A stretch of 63,768 bases of DNA, filler included, from Chiloscyllium plagiosum (lineage: Eukaryota): assembly GCF_004010195.1 (NCBI RefSeq). It is 4 parts of one record of this genome, joined end to end, with 100 filler letters (N's around TTAATTAATTAA, not from the genome) between each part and the next. Parts side by side here need not be neighbours in the genome. Positions count along the whole stretch, not along the records: positions 1 to 26,421 come from NC_057714.1; 3 more parts are not named here. One strand, 5' to 3'. The notes under the pieces are model-generated. The model was not told the DNA's origin. It did not search any database and worked only from the letters and a program-made list of their open reading frames with translations. The position numbers were made by a program, and so were the translations under genes. Every line of letters begins with the position of its first letter. Position 1 is the first letter of the stretch. This document shows, one piece after another, positions 1 through 14,124 of the stretch.

Positions 1-830
1 CTTGTACAGGTCACTTCTACCCCAAAAGAGATTCCAATGGTCCAAAAATGTGAATCCTTCTCCCATACACCAGCTCCTCAGCCATGCATTCATCTGCTCT
101 ATCCTCCTAGTCTTGCCCTCCCTAGCTCATAGCACCGGGAGTAATCCAGATATTACTCCTCTCGAGGACCTCCTTTTTAAATTCCTGCACAACTCTCTGT
201 AATCTCCCTTCAGAATCTCAACCTTTTCCCTTCCTATGTCTTTGATTCCAACGTGGACAATGACCTCTTGCTGGCCCCTCTCCCCAGTGAGAACATTCTG
301 CACCCTCTGAGACATCCTTGATCCTGGCACCAGGAAAGCAACACACCATTTTGCTTTTTCGCTGCTTGCCACAGAAACGTCTGTCTGTACCTCAGAGAGA
401 GTTCCCTAAGACAATTGATCTCTAGGAACCCGACGTACCCCTTGTTGCATACGAGCCAGTCTCCATACCAGAAACTTGGCTGTTCGTGCTACGTTCCCCT
501 GAGAATCCACCACCCCCTACATTTTCCAAAACAGCATACCTGTTTGAAATGTGTATAGCCGCAGAAGGCTCCTGCACTAGCTGCCTACCTCTCTTACCTT
601 TCCTGGAGTTAACCCCCTATGTGACCGAATCTGAGACCGTCCCCCATTCCTTTAACTGCCATCCATCACATACTGTTGCAATTTCCTCATCGCTTCTATC
701 TGTCTCTCCAACCGAACCATTCCAACTGATAGGATACGCAACCAACAGCATTTATTGAAGATATAATCTGCAGTAACTCAAACTCTCTTTAAACTCCCAC
801 ATTTGACAAGAAGCGCATAGAAACCACGTT
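1..830 (-). mobile_element. CR1/HER1-type LINE, ORF1 region (zinc finger plus SGNH esterase), frameshifted, runs off window start
   Basis: Minus-strand peptides CASCQMWEFKESL and RVQNVLTGERGQQEVIVHVGIKDIGREKVEILKGDYRELCRNLKRRSSRGVISGLLPV are near-identical to the plus-strand copy at about 55240-55980. Confidence 0.9.
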
Positions 831-860
831 GTCAGCAAAATTGAAATAACACCAAATGAC

Positions 861-1490
861 CATAAGAATCTGGAAGCACAGGTAAGCCATTCAATGAAAT
901 TGTGGCTGATCTGACAAATTTCAAACTTTTCTGCCTTTTCCTCATAACCATCATTTCCTTTAAGCATTAAAAATTTGTCAATCTCATCCAAGTATCCACT
1001 CTTGACAGCCTTCTGCAGTAAATAATTCCACAAAATTTGCAGTCCTCAAAAAAGTTCTCCTCGTCTCTGACCCTTATTTGGAGATTATGTCCTCTGGTCC
1101 TTGACTTTGCCACATGGGAAAATACCATTTCTGCATCTAACCTGTCAAGTCCCCCAAGAATCTTGCACCTTTCAATAAGGTCAGCTTTCATTCTTGTAAT
1201 CTCGATTGAGTGCAGGCCTTTGTACAAAGTTACACCTATTTAACGTCTCCTTATAAGACTCTCTTCATACCTGGGATCAGCTTGATGAACTTACATTGGT
1301 CTGCCTCAAATTTATACTGTTTCTTAGATAAGGTGCCCAAGAGTATTCACTGTATTCCAGCTATGGTATGACTAATACAATTTTTAAACAACTTCCCAAC
1401 TTTTATACTTTCAAAACAAAGGCCAGTATTCCTTTTGCCTTTTCTCTTACCTGCTGAACTTGGACACCAGTTTTTTTTGTGATTTATACA
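861..1490 (-). mobile_element. CR1 LINE 3' fragment (RT C-terminus and tail), decayed
   Basis: ORF 967-1227 contains RMKADLIERCKILGGLDRLDAEMVFSHVAKSRTRGHNLQI, matching the CR1 C-terminal RLRGDLIE...TRGH motif. Confidence 0.85.
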
Positions 1491-4347
1491 TGATATAGCA
1501 GACTGGATTTAAGTAGTACAAGCTTTTGAGAAGAGATGATGTAAATAAGGAGTTGTTAAGCCTCCTCCTTGAGAATGTGAAGGTGCCCAAGGAGGGGGAA
1601 TGAAGTGTCAGGTCTGACTGAGGGGTGGACCATGGTGTCTTGGAGTGAAGCTTTCAATCCAGAAGCTCGTGGAGTGGAGTTGAAAGGGAAGGGGGTAAAG
1701 GCTAAAAGTAGATAAAATCATTGAAGGCCATATCAATGGCAGGGGTTGGTGGTGGTTTGGGGGGAAAGCATAATGAAAAAGCACTTCATAGTTACACCAT
1801 AGAAAACCGAGAAAGTGGAATTGAATGCTTGAGAATTCCACTCTTGTGCCTCTGTTCTCTTTTTTAGACAATCCTTAAATCTTACCAATTTGATCAAATC
1901 TTTGGTCACCTGACCCAATATCTCCTTGTATGGGAAAGTCGCATTTTGCTCAATGCTCACACAAAGCATTTAGAGACTTTTTGTGTTGTCAAAGGCCCGG
2001 TTCACCCTCCACTCCTGCTACTTTTAAATCTCTACTTTGACACATCGCCCAATCTTTTTAGAACTTTAGGTGATTAATTGTATTCTGCAAAAATTGTCAG
2101 CCAATCGGTATTGATTTCCTCAACGCAGATGACACTTAACATGAACAGTGAACAATTTATTAAAATAAATAAAAATGAGTAGCTCTTTAAGTTGGAAGGA
2201 ATATTTGGGGCCATTGATAGTCAGAAGGAAGGAAATAAAAGAGCAACTGTTTCATCTCTAGTTTTTAGGGAGAGGTGTGTTGGTAGAGGAGGGGGTGTTG
2301 TGGGTAACTGCATTGTGGAGGAATGCCCCCTGCAGAATACTGAAATAGAAAGGGGTGTTGGACAAAAAGATACGTTTCATGGCAGCATTACACTGGAGGT
2401 TGCAGAAAAGGTGAAGGATGATCGATTAAATTTAGAGTTTTCCCATACGTATATGACCTTTATACTCGCTATACTTGAACAGCCAGTGAATAATGAATTT
2501 TTAATGCAACTTCTTTCGAAAAATAATTAAGAGATTAGCAATTACAAAAGTGAGAATGGATGACATCTAATCTATTGCTTAAATGTACAATCTGTAAAAC
2601 TATACACAAAAGGTGAAAATGATCTAATCGCTCTACATTGGTCAAGTTTCTATAGAAACTGGTACACAGTTAAGAATAAAGTAGGATATGTTTTATAAAA
2701 CAACCTGGACAACATTCCTGTCTTGTAGGCTTTTCACAGATTCCAGTTCCTCTCTCTTGCAACGCTCACACGGAGGTCAAAACAATGTTGTACTCTTCTC
2801 ATGGGAAAATATTAGATAGTCTGTCGGAGTGAAAAATAAGCATAGGGAAACAAGCATAACATCATTGAAATTGCAAAGCATCTAACGAGATAGGTTTTTT
2901 TTAATTGTCAATATCCATCTTGACTGATGAAAACTTAGCCTGTGATATTTTTGTGAAACAAATTGTCGTTAATTTAATACTTCATACCCGCTCTATGCAA
3001 GCTTCAATCTTCAACTCACTTAAGCACTGTATGCAAAAAAGACTCGTGCACAATAGAGATTTTATGTCACTCTGCTAAATTGACGACTGCAAATGCAAAA
3101 TAACAAAACACTTTAGCCGACTGCATTTGAGTGACTAGACTGCCAGGATGAAAGGGTTGTAAGTGGCCAGTGAATACCATTTAATTAGTCTTTGCTGTGT
3201 TAGCATTTGAATGGCTGCTTAACTTTAAAAGCTCCTATTGTTTTGCCTTTCTGCTAATGATTGCAATCCTTGCCTTACTTTAGATTTATACGGATGAAAT
3301 TAGATGGAATTAGGAAAGCAATGTGTTGGTTTCTAACTTTTGCAATAAAGATGTCGTGCCACAGTAGTCTTTTAAAGCAATATTGTGACACCTTCTTGAA
3401 CGCCATCAAATGATGTGTTTTAAATCATCCGATTTCAATTTCACTTAAGCAGTTTTGCTAATTCCTTTGTTTCCAGTAGGCGACGAGCTAAAGAATTTAC
3501 TCTGGTTTTTATTTCCATGCTGTAGTATTCGCTTTATTTACTTTTTTTTAAAAAAGGGCAAATGGTGAGCATCAACATACTCTATCTTGATAGACTAAAA
3601 ATTGGGCAAGCTACAATTGACCTCAGTATGCCTGGCTAAGAGAAAATACAATTTTATATCTGATTAACCTCACTGAAACATTATTTTTACTAAAACAAAT
3701 GCAATTTGGTAGGGGGAGGGGTGGTGGGATGGGACAGGGGAACAGTTAAAATGTCAAATTACTGAAACTGAAGTCAGAGGTATTGCTTACTCAATATTTA
3801 ACCTGTGTCATGGAAATGAAAACAGAAGAATCACAAATTCAAAATACATTACAAAACAGAAAGACAATCTAGCCTCGACAGTTTTAGTCAGTGTCAGTGT
3901 TTTTCTCCCCATAAACCATCTGGTTTAACTGTACTCTTATGCTTACACCCTATACACTGTACAAATACTATTTGCTTTCAAGTAGCACTAGTAACAACAA
4001 TAAATTGCCTTCAAGTAAACTTTGCCTGATCAGTAAGAAAGATCACATTGTTGAGTGGGGCACAACCTCAGTGAGTATGTATTTCTGGGATTTTGGAGCA
4101 GTGTGGGAATTGAACTGTTTGTAAGTTCTTTTAACAGGATAAATTGACAGCCAAGATCAGAGGCCCAGCATGAAACAATGAGTGACATCACAGGAAAACT
4201 AGGCTCATTGGTTGGTAATCACTGCTAATGTGATTATAAATAATTTATTTTCAGATTAAAGGTAAATAGGAGAAATACTTCATAAATTAAAAACTAAAAG
4301 ACCTGTAGAGCCCACCTATTTACAATTGACATTAATGACTAATAAAC

Positions 4348-4692
4348 GGCAGCATGGTATCTCAGTGGTTAGCATGACTGCCTCACTGCATCAGGGACTC
4401 GGATTTTATTCCGGCCTCTGGTAATTGTGTAGCGTTTGCATATTCTCCCCATGTCTGTGGATTTTCTGCGGGTGCTCCAGTTTCCTCTCAGTCCAGTGAA
4501 TTGCAGGTTAGGTGGACAGGCTATGCTAAGTCACCCATAGTGTCCAGGGATGTGCAGGCTAGGCGAGTTAGTCATGGGAAATGCAGGGTTACAGGAATGG
4601 GGTACAGGCATGGGTCTGGGTGGAATTCCCTTCAGAGAGTTGGTGTGGACTCAATGGTCTGAATGGCCTGCTTCTGCATTGTAGGAATTCTA
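4348..4692 (+). mobile_element. HE1-type tRNA-derived SINE, diverged
   Basis: Head ggcagcatggtatctcagtggttagcatgactgcctca, core tttgcatattctcccc and CR1-like tail ctgaatggcctgcttctgcattgtagg; aligns by eye with the cleaner copies at 28152 and 36614. Confidence 0.85.
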
Positions 4693-5102
4693 TTGCCAAA
4701 TTTGCAGATGATACTAAAATAGCTGAGGGTGCAAATTGGAATGAAGAAATAAGAAATGTGCAAATGGATATGGATAGGTATGGGAAATGGGACAAAATTT
4801 GGCAGAACGAGTTTAACATGGATAAGTGTGAGGTTATCTTGGTTAGAGGAATAGGAAGACCAAATTCAGAGTGCTTTAGTACATGTGTCCTCTTCCATGA
4901 ATTGCAGAAAACTAGTATGCAGGTAATATGGGAGGTAAATGGAACTTTGACATTTATTGCTAAAGGAATAGCATATAAAAATAGAGAAGTGTTGCTGCAA
5001 TTGTACAGGGCATTAATGAGACCATAACTGGAGCATTGTGGACAATTTCTGTCCCCTTGAGGGAGGATATAGTTGTATCGGAAGCAGTTCAGAGGAGGTC
5101 TG
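4693..5102 (+). mobile_element. CR1 LINE RT fragment
   Basis: AKFADDTKI (RT catalytic FADD), FNMDKCEV and EVLLQLYRALMRP in ORF 4581-5027. Confidence 0.85.
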
Positions 5103-5759
5103 GTGACAGGGGTTGGGGGTGAAGGGTAGGTGTGGTCCTGGGATGAGGAGTGCGGTTTGACTGAACCCCTCTACCCCTCACTAGGGATCTGTGGCCCAGC
5201 GGCAGCAAGTTTGGCGGGGGGGTAGGGTAGCTATCAGAGACAAGATGATTTCTTATCAGAGGTAAAGCAGGATCTGGTAATTTTGGATGCCAATTCAATA
5301 GTCATTCAAGCACTAGACTGCATTTTTCATAATCTAACCTTCCCTAGGTGATCATTAAACTTACTAGCAGTGGAACCCTTTAAAATGGATACTTTTGGGA
5401 GGGCTGTAGGCACTTTCCCAATAGAATCAATTTCTTCCAAGTCTGTTGTGTTTGGAATTCTACAATGTTCCAATGTGCAACTATGCTGCAAGATGACAAT
5501 CCAGCTCTGAAAAAAACCGATGTTCCTTCTCCTTGATCTTCCATTTCAACATCAGACTGCTTTCTCTCCCTCTATCACTACAATGGCTCTCTTTCTGCCT
5601 CAATTGTTTTTTGTCCTATTTACTGTGAAATGTGTCTTCAAACAGAAAAACCTTTAAGCTGAAGTCTAAGAAACAATTCATCTGCCATTCCATCCGTAAT
5701 AATAGGAAATATCTTATGATAAATAAACAAAAACATTTAGAATTTTGTGATTCAATGAA

Positions 5760-7260
5760 CATCTGGCATTTCTTCTTTGGCTCTTACATTTGTTAAACAG
5801 GACAATGCTTAACAATTTGCACTGTTGAGCAATTTTCACTCTGCTGCTCTATTCAAAGCAGGAAATCTGCTGTCTTTTACCCTGTTCATTCATGAAATTT
5901 GAAAACTCTTCTGAACACAATTGAGGTCAGACAATTTCCTCTGGGAACCCATAAGCAGCAATCGAACAACAGAAAAATTTCTAAAGTTTTACTTATTATT
6001 TTCAATTTAATTCAGAAACAATCCACTCAAATATTTATCACAATCAACAGCTGCTGCCCTTCAAACACAGTTAAATCAATGTGGCAGCCTCTGCCATACT
6101 AACTGGTCATTTTCATGGTGGCAAGTGTAGCACCGATGGCTTCTTTTCTACAGTTCAACATACTTGCCACTGTTTTAGTGGGTGTTCTACATGAAAGATA
6201 GCTTCTCACTAAACTGTTTGTCAAAGGCATCCCTTAGTGTTCAAAATGAAGGGAACACAGCAACTGCAATCTGTACCTCTCCCAGAACTACAACTTTGCG
6301 CTATGCGGGTGAGCCAATCTTTATCAGCTGGCAACTCATTCTTGTACAGATAAAAGAAAGGGCTGCTTCCTAACTTTATTATTTGTATTGTCCACCAATT
6401 TGCAATATAGTCATATGCCCTTGACAATATGGGCAACCCAAATTGTTCAACCAATATTAACCACTGTGACTCATAACTCATCCACACGCAAGAAGAAAAA
6501 TGCATCTTACCTGTTGGGCTTCTACTTCAGATGTGGCATTACAAACAGTGTCTGATTGTCTACGTTAAATGTCATGCTTGTAAGCAGACAAATTAAAAAA
6601 AAACAAAAGTTCACCTTCAAATTCTGACTGCAACTGAAGAGAAAACTCGAGCCTTGTGATTCAAGAGCAGTGGCTTAAGACCAGTTTTGATTGTGAAACT
6701 ATGACCATACAAATATTTATGAAATAATTGCTTGATTGTTCAGTAGTATTCAATTTCTGCACTAAAAGAGAAATAGTCATTTGTGTCCTCGACAGCCCCC
6801 ATGTGAGCTGACAATGCTGTCTAAGACTAATACTTCGAGTGAAGGAGACCAGTGTGTGTAGTGGAAGGGTGAGGGGGAGTGAGTGAGAGCAAACAGTACA
6901 ATGTTAATGGTTAAATGTCAGGTGTTGAAAAGGATACCATCAAAGAGAAACTTGGTGGGAGGGAGGTGGTGTGGGAGGATGTGAAGTAAGACATGTCTAA
7001 TATCAGGGTCCCTTAAACTGAAATTTCTTGGTATTACTCCATAGCATGAAACTTCATTTCACGGCTATTACAGTAATATCTAAATGTTTCAAGATTCTAG
7101 CATATGGAAACAAAAGGAAGACTTACAAGAAACATTGAACCAACATCAAAAATTTATCTGGCACCAGTGCACCCTATTAACAGGATAATGTTTTTGATAA
7201 GGAAATATTCTTGGAAAGAATGATATATTAATTCTCAGATGAGAACAGGCAAGGGAACAG
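5760..7260 (-). mobile_element. Degenerate Ty3/Gypsy LTR-retrotransposon pol (RNase H, integrase, probable RT remnant)
   Basis: Minus strand 6724-6662 translates FHKYLYGHSFTIKTGLKPLL (Gypsy RNase H FHxYLYG..F.I.TDHKPL). ORF 6221-6505 has the PILSRAYDYIANWW...FYLYKNEL linker. Integrase motifs WQRLPH (about 6090) and YGFPEEIV (about 5940) follow. Many stops; outer boundaries approximate. Confidence 0.75.
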
Positions 7261-9009
7261 CAATCATTCAACATCACATGTAGCTGTTCCATGGTCATTT
7301 GCCAAAAGGAAACATAATGTAACAATAACTGGGCAGCCCTCATCAAGCAGACCTGTTAGGCAACAGTTCACATTGGGTGGTTTTCACCAGGCAGATGGAA
7401 GACAAACCAGAAGGTGGGAAGACAGACCAAGGGAAGAATTCCCTAACACCTTGGCGAGAGAGCAGGATGCTGCTCCACCCCTTTAATGAAACCAAGACAC
7501 TCTGTGCCAACAGCTTGGTTGTCCTCCAGTATCAGTGAACCCTCTCTGATTTTCACAGTTATATATTTTATTTGTCTAACTAATGTATCATATCTAAACT
7601 ACTGCTTTTTAAATTCAATAAACTAACACAAAATTGCAATAAATTGTCAATTACCTAATATAGGCAGTTGTGATTGTGAAACCACTAAAATCAATAGGGG
7701 TTAACTTTACATTTGCTCTAAGAATAATTACCGAGCATTTGTGAAAGCAGCTAAGATGACATTTAATCAGATGGAACTGGAGCCTAAAACTGTAGGTTTC
7801 CAGAAGATGTTTTCTCTTAGCAGGTCTTCTAAATAGTTAAATGTTCAATAAAGGCTGTTAATGTTCATTTAGTAGAGCATAGACCTGACATAGAGAAGAT
7901 AGATTTAGTTAAGGCATTCAAGAAGAAACTGAATTATATAAGGCAGCAGAATGTATAGGGCTATGGCAAGAGGGTGAGGAAATGTCACAAGGTAAATTTC
8001 TGTGTTTGACCCAGCACAGATCTGAGATCTCCTTTTCTTCTGTAATACTTCTGCTATCTGGTTGAGATTTAATTTTGATTTTTTTAATGAAAGGAATGAA
8101 ATCCCTCTTCCTGGATTGTGCACTATCACAAGACAGTGTTGTCTATTCCTAATCAATTTCCCCTGGAGCAATCAAGGGGTTCCAACAGTGCAGGAAAAAA
8201 CAACACCCAAAGAAGGGATCCAGGGCCTTAGTCAGATAGTGACAAATATGGACTGTGAAATTTTAACTTCCATTGTTGTGTGCCAGACCTTTCAAGGGCT
8301 ACAGTGGTTAACTGAATGAGGCAAACTTTGAGACCCTCGCATAGAACAAACAAGGTTGACTACAATAAAATTTTCATTGTTAATCTTATCTAAAGACATC
8401 AAAACCATATGACTGAGTCAGCAACAAGAAATTCACATTGTGTAACTCACAGTTGAAAATTTCACATAGAGAGATGAAAGTCTCACCTGATAGGGAGCCA
8501 ACTGGGAAAGACAATGGAGCTGGATTGAATATGCTTCAATAGCTACTTTTAAGCGGCAAAGCAGATAAATAGATATGGGTTTACAATGGAGAACTGGAAG
8601 ACTTTGACTCTCCCTCCCTGTTTCTCTCAGGATATGGTGCCCAGTGAAAAAGCAAATGAGGAAAAACAACCATTCAACTAAGAGCTCAAAAATATCTATT
8701 GATTACACCAGTCTGGATAGAAGTCAACCATTCAAGAATTGTGATCTCAGCTTATGATTTAGCATCTCAATGATTTCCAAGGAGAGTGTGTGTGCCTGTG
8801 CATGTGTATGTAATTTTACTATTTTTCCCCAAGATTAGTTCCTAATAAAATTCCACTTCCCTTCATCAAGAAACTTTGGGCATTGATGCCAAGTCCGCTT
8901 GAAAGTAAAGGCATGAATCAAAGTGTAATAGCTGCATACTACAAAAAATAAAATTCTATATTAAAACTCAACAAGAGTGGGATTGAAAAGATAATCAATT
9001 CTCCCTCCT

Positions 9010-9520
9010 GATCTGGTCTCCTCCTCACCATCAGCAAAACAAAAGACTTCAGGAAAAGGAGCAAAGGGCATGCCACTATCTACTGAGGTGGAGATGGTCA
9101 AGAGCATCAAATTTCTCAGAGTGATGATCACCAACAATCTGTTTTGGTCCACCCTCAATGATGCAACTGTCAAGGAAACCCAAGATCTTCTCTATTTCAT
9201 CAGGACGTCCATAAAGAAGCTTACTAATTTTTATATGTGCACCATTAAAAGCATACTATGCAGATGCACGTGACTTAGTATGGCATATAGTCTGTCCAGA
9301 ACTATAAGAAACTACAGACAGCTGTGAACACAGCTAATCCCTTCCATCCATTGACTCTATATTTACTTGTCCACTGTATTGGGAAGGCTGCCAACATTAT
9401 CAAAGACCCCTCCCATCTCGGTTATAATCTGTTCCAACCTCTTCCATTAGAGGGAAGACACAAAAGCTTAAACCTACATACTAACAGTTTCAAGAACAGC
9501 TTCCTCCCCGCTATTATTAG
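9010..9520 (+). mobile_element. Rex1/Babar-like LINE 3' RT fragment
   Basis: VEMVKSIKFLRVMITNNLFWS...LTNFYMCTIKSIL and CIGKAANIIKDPSHLGYNLFQPLPLEGR...NSFKNSFLPAII are typical Rex1-clade C-terminal motifs. Confidence 0.8.
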
Positions 9521-9709
9521 TGATTACAAGTTTCAAAACTGCAATGGCAGGTTTTGCAATCATATAACAAAAGAAAAAGTCCAAACTTCTCTTTAGAAGT
9601 GAAGAATTGAAAGATATGCGGGTGAAAGCAACTCAAAGATAAAGTGAAAATGACTAGAATTTGACAAAAATTGCAGGAACCACCTACTTCACACCCTAGG
9701 AAAACACAG

Positions 9710-9908
9710 TTAAAAATCACAACACCAGGTTATAGTCCAACAGGTTTAATTGGAAGCATTAGCTTTCGGATAGCCACTCTACAACCACCTGATGAAGGAG
9801 CGATGCTCCGAAAGCTTGTGTGCTTCCAATTAAACCTGTTGGACTATGACCTGGTGTTGTGTGATTTTTAACTTTGTACACCCCAGTCCAACACCGACAT
9901 CTCCAAAT
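9710..9908. mobile_element. Short foldback Penelope-like element (family A) with hammerhead core
   Basis: Inverted arms aaaatcacaacaccaggttatagtccaacaggtttaattggaagc / gcttccaattaaacctgttggactatgacctggtgttgtgtgatttt; CTGATGA-ggagc..gctcc-GAAAGCTT at 9789-9817; flanking direct repeat taggaaaa(c)acag. Confidence 0.85.
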
Positions 9909-10899
9909 TAGGAAAAACAGAACATGAAACAATTTTCTAACATGCTAAGCTGGAAGAAAATGAGATAATTGATCAATACTACATACAACTGAGACAAGTA
10001 AAACAACCATGGCTTCAGCAATGTTGAACATGTTGAGTGGAAGATCAAAATGCACATAATAGAATGTACCTCAGTCAACTGCACCAGGAAGCACTTAAAG
10101 ACAAAGCAGTCAGAGATACTGAAGTTAACAAGATCACTATCACTTTCAGGGCCCACAACAATTGAAGCTGGGGCTAATCAATAGTAAATACAACAATCAA
10201 ATCCAATTACTGGGAACAGTGCTCACCACTCAGTTTCTTGGCAAAAAAAAGTATCTGAAAAGTGACAACAGCAGTCTCATAAAAAGGAGCTGTGCTTTTT
10301 CCTCAACAATGTTTTACAGTAATGATGGATATCCACACCAGAAAAACAGTTCTGCTACTGACAAACAATGTCAAACATGTGGAAGGTAAACTATTTTGTT
10401 TGCATTCATTACGCAGCAAATGCAACATGGTCACCAATAACACCAATTACACGTGCTACACCTGGAGGAAAGGAAATTGTAACTAGCGTAGAAGTGGACA
10501 ACACTGAATAATTTCCTGTTCTCCTTCACAAACAGTAACCAGCCATATGCAACAGTGATACTGAATGCTCAAAAATAGGTGCTCTACTTGACACAGGCCT
10601 GTAAGCATCATGGGAGACAAAATATTCAACAAACTTCAGGATTGTCCCATTCCCTAAAAATCATGGAATGCAAAATTCTTCCCTTACAACAGTGACAAAC
10701 CACTGAAGGGTTCTTGTGATTTTTGACATGCCAGTCTCATTCTAAACACACTAGAACAAATGTTCCATTCTATGTCATGGCTGAAGAATGTGGTCACTTA
10801 GTTCCCATACAACATATTCACAAATGGCAGTAAGGTATGGAGTTGTTTCACAACCAACAGCATTCTTGATTTGTATTTTTTTTTTACCTCTGACTAACT

Positions 10900-10998
10900 T
10901 ATTCAGAGATATTATTACACACTTCTGGATCAGATGGGACTTGAACATGGACCTCCTGGCTCAGATGTAGGGACACTGCCATTGTGCCACAAAAGCCC
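10900..10998 (-). mobile_element. Short tRNA-headed SINE fragment
   Basis: Reverse complement gggcttttgtggcacaatggcagtgtccctac...gttcaagtccca has A- and B-box-like motifs; related remnants at about 25020-25110 and 26170-26250. Confidence 0.55.
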
Positions 10999-11314
10999 GA
11001 AGGAACAACTTATTCTAGAAGTAATTTGGGTTTTGAATTCATGCCTCCAGAGAAAGTAAAACTTTAATTCTGGAATGAAAGGTGTTATATGCAAGTTGCA
11101 CGTCAATTTCATTGTGCCCACAGCATACTTCATAGACGAATATTGTTTCAAGTCCGAAAGCAATCAAAGAAGGAACTTGACCTCAATATTATTGAGAAAT
11201 TTGGGATGATCACATTCAAGTCTTTCCTACGCAAATTGTTAACAAACCCTTGTGTGAGAACAAGAAAATAATCTGCACTGGTATGCAGTCAAGCAATACA
11301 AGAAAGGGGGTTTG

Positions 11315-12150
11315 AGAGTGTATAATGGCAATGCCACTGAGTAAACAATCTAGTAGGTCAGGCAGATTGTTTGGGGAAGTGAGTCAAACTTCCATATAAC
11401 CAAAGATGAAATTTAAACTCTTAATAAAAACTGGGATTTAAAACAGTCACAGTAACTGTGACCAATCACAGCCGTCATCAATTACTATAAAAGAAACCCA
11501 TCTCGTCCAATGTCCTCGAGGGAAGGAAATGTGTTTCATTTTCTGTGCTGACCTGCAACTGACTGCAAGCCAAAATGATTTGTTGACTCTGAAAAGGTCT
11601 AGTAAGCCTTTCAGGTTTATCAAACCATTATATTAAAAACAATAAAGAATGAAATCAAAACTGAACACTAGACATCAGAAACAATGACAGACTTATTCAT
11701 ATCAACCCTGCGGAGTCCACCTTACTAACTCCTAGGGGCACGTGCCAAAATTGGGAGATCTGCCCCACCAACTAGTCATGCAACAGCCTGACATGGTCTG
11801 AATCTGTTGATTTGACCATGTTTCAGATATCATCACCATCCCTAGGTATGTCTCACCAGGAAGATCCAGCAGATGTGATAGTAACATACATTGGCAATCA
11901 GGAAGGAGTTGCCCTCAGAATATTTCAACATTTAATCTGCACCCCATGAAATCTCCATTGTATCAGGTCAAAAATAGACAAGGAACATCCTATTGATTAC
12001 TAGGACTACTATTTCTCTATCTACCCTTCCTCCTCAGCAAATCTAGCCAAGGAATCAGTTTTCAGTCATGGTGAATAACAGTTGAAAGAAGCCAAGGATA
12101 GCAAAGACACAGAATGATTTTGGGTGGTGGACTTCAGTGTTCATTAGTAA
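11315..12150 (+). mobile_element. Old LINE 5' part with SINE-like (LF-SINE/DeuSINE-like) head running into an APE endonuclease remnant
   Basis: aaacccatctcgtccaatgtcctcgagggaaggaaa core, then a degenerate VPKLGDL.HQLV.QQPDMV reading; a homologous decayed copy lies at 50870-51270. Confidence 0.5.
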
Positions 12151-12523
12151 GGTAGCGACATCCTATTAAGGTTTGGTAAATTAGTCGGCTCTGTTTACTC
12201 TTATTAGATTAAGTAGTTAATTTGTTCTTCCTCACTATACCCTTGCTTTCTATACTTTTCTGCCTCTATTTGCTTTCAAGTCCTGGACTCCTTTAACGTC
12301 CTTCCCTCCCAAAAGGACATGCAACATAACAGGTGTGCACACATAACGAAGAAGTTATCAAAATTACTATATTCTGACAACATACTCTACAGATCAACAC
12401 TTTCTCAACATTTAATCACCCAGAAAGGAGACAAGTTAGTTGGAGGAAGGGAAAACCTAATTAAAGTTTTCCACATCCATTGACTAAGGCAAGCTAGCAG
12501 TAGAAAATAAACATAACTATTTA

Positions 12524-12684
12524 GAGAGGAACATGGATTATCCGGCATTCAATTTTATCCGAATATTCGATTATCCCGCAAGATCGCAAGGTCCCGATAT
12601 TTGGCAAAATTATGTTCTCCAGAATTTGATTATCCAAATGAAATACTCCCCATCCTTGTCCTTTGGATAATCGAGGTTCCTCTG
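12524..12684. mobile_element. Tc1/mariner-pogo (Tigger-like) MITE
   Basis: TA|gagaggaacatggattatcc ... ggataatcgaggttcctctg|TA: about 20 bp imperfect terminal inverted repeats (TIRs) with a TA TSD. Confidence 0.8.
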
Positions 12685-12771
12685 TATTTTAAATGCAGGA
12701 ACAAAAAAAATGTATAAAAAGTACATAACAATTAATGCAAAGTGTTTTAAAATAGGTCAATTTACTAGATA

Positions 12772-13345
12772 ACAATTTGATTTAATATTGCCAAATGTAC
12801 CATGATCCAGTGAAAAGAATGGTTTTGCATGCTAACCAGACAAGTTCAGACCTTACATAAGTACAGAGTAATAGAACATGATGCCGATTATAGTGTTACA
12901 GCTACAGAGATGCAGGGAAACATCAACTCAAATATATGAGACGTCTGTTCATAAGTCTGATAACAGCAGGGAAGAAGCCATTCCTGAATCTGTTGGAACG
13001 TGCTTTCAAACTTTTGTATCTTTTGCCCAGTGGAAGATGATGGAAGACAGTATAACAAGTGTGAGAGGTTTGTTGGCTGCTTTCCTGATGCAGCAGGAAG
13101 TGTAGATGGAGTCAACAGAAGGAAAGTTGGTTTTCATGATGGAAACACCTGCATTCACAACTCTTTAATTTCTTCCAGTCTTGGGCAGAGCAGTTGCCAT
13201 TTCAAGCTGTGACATATAGGCTGTTTTCTATGGTGCATCCATAAAATTAGTAGATGTCATTGTGGACATTTCCTTAGCCTTGAGGAAGTAAAGGAGTTTT
13301 CTTGACTGTAGCATCGACATGAATGGACCAGACAAAACCTGAGGA
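12772..13345 (-). mobile_element. Rex1/Babar-like LINE 3' end
   Basis: Reverse complement resembles 9010-9520 and ends in a ttttcactg...ggtaca...caata-type tail. Confidence 0.7.
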
Positions 13346-14124
13346 ATTGTCTATGCCAAAGAACAGTGGAAGTTCGAACACTGGGTTATGTTCAAGGTTG
13401 AGTCAGATGGATATTTGAATTACAAAAAAGGTGTCAATGGTTTGTGGTGAGAAACAGGATGCAGAAGTTGGAAACTGCAGTTGCAGCCACAATGAGGTCA
13501 GCTATGATCTTATTGACTGACAAATCAGATTCAAGAGGCCATAGAAGGAGCAAAGTGCTCTTCCTTCTCAGGCTAAAGGAAACTTTCTAGAGACATGGAC
13601 TAGAAAAACAGGTGTCAGAAAACAATTGTAGCCAATATCAATGATCGAGCTTTGAAGACCTAAGCACAGCTCTGCAAGGGCATCAACTGGTCATAGTCAG
13701 TGATTGCATCTTCACATTCCATACCCTTGTGAATGAATTACTTGCTCCAGTCATCCTTACTCCACCCTTGAGCTTTTCTGGTGGCAAGGGTTGCTCCCTG
13801 ATGAGAGTTAGATTGTAGACAATGAAAAACAGACCATGACAAATTGGGAATAATGCACCAGTGAGTACCACAGGCCTTCTTCAGAGTCTTTCAGATAATG
13901 GAAATATTTCCTTTACATCCTCCTGTGATAACCTATGACAATTTATATGATTCACATTGTATGCATGCTAATTTGTGTTCTTGGGCTGCACAGCAGTTTC
14001 ATGAACCAGACATTAGGTGGATAATTCTTTTGTTGGACCACCCTCTAGTTGGACCTGGTAGCTCAAATACAGAGGGAAGAGCAGCCTGACACAGAAAGAA
14101 AGTGTTCACCAACATAATGTGCTG

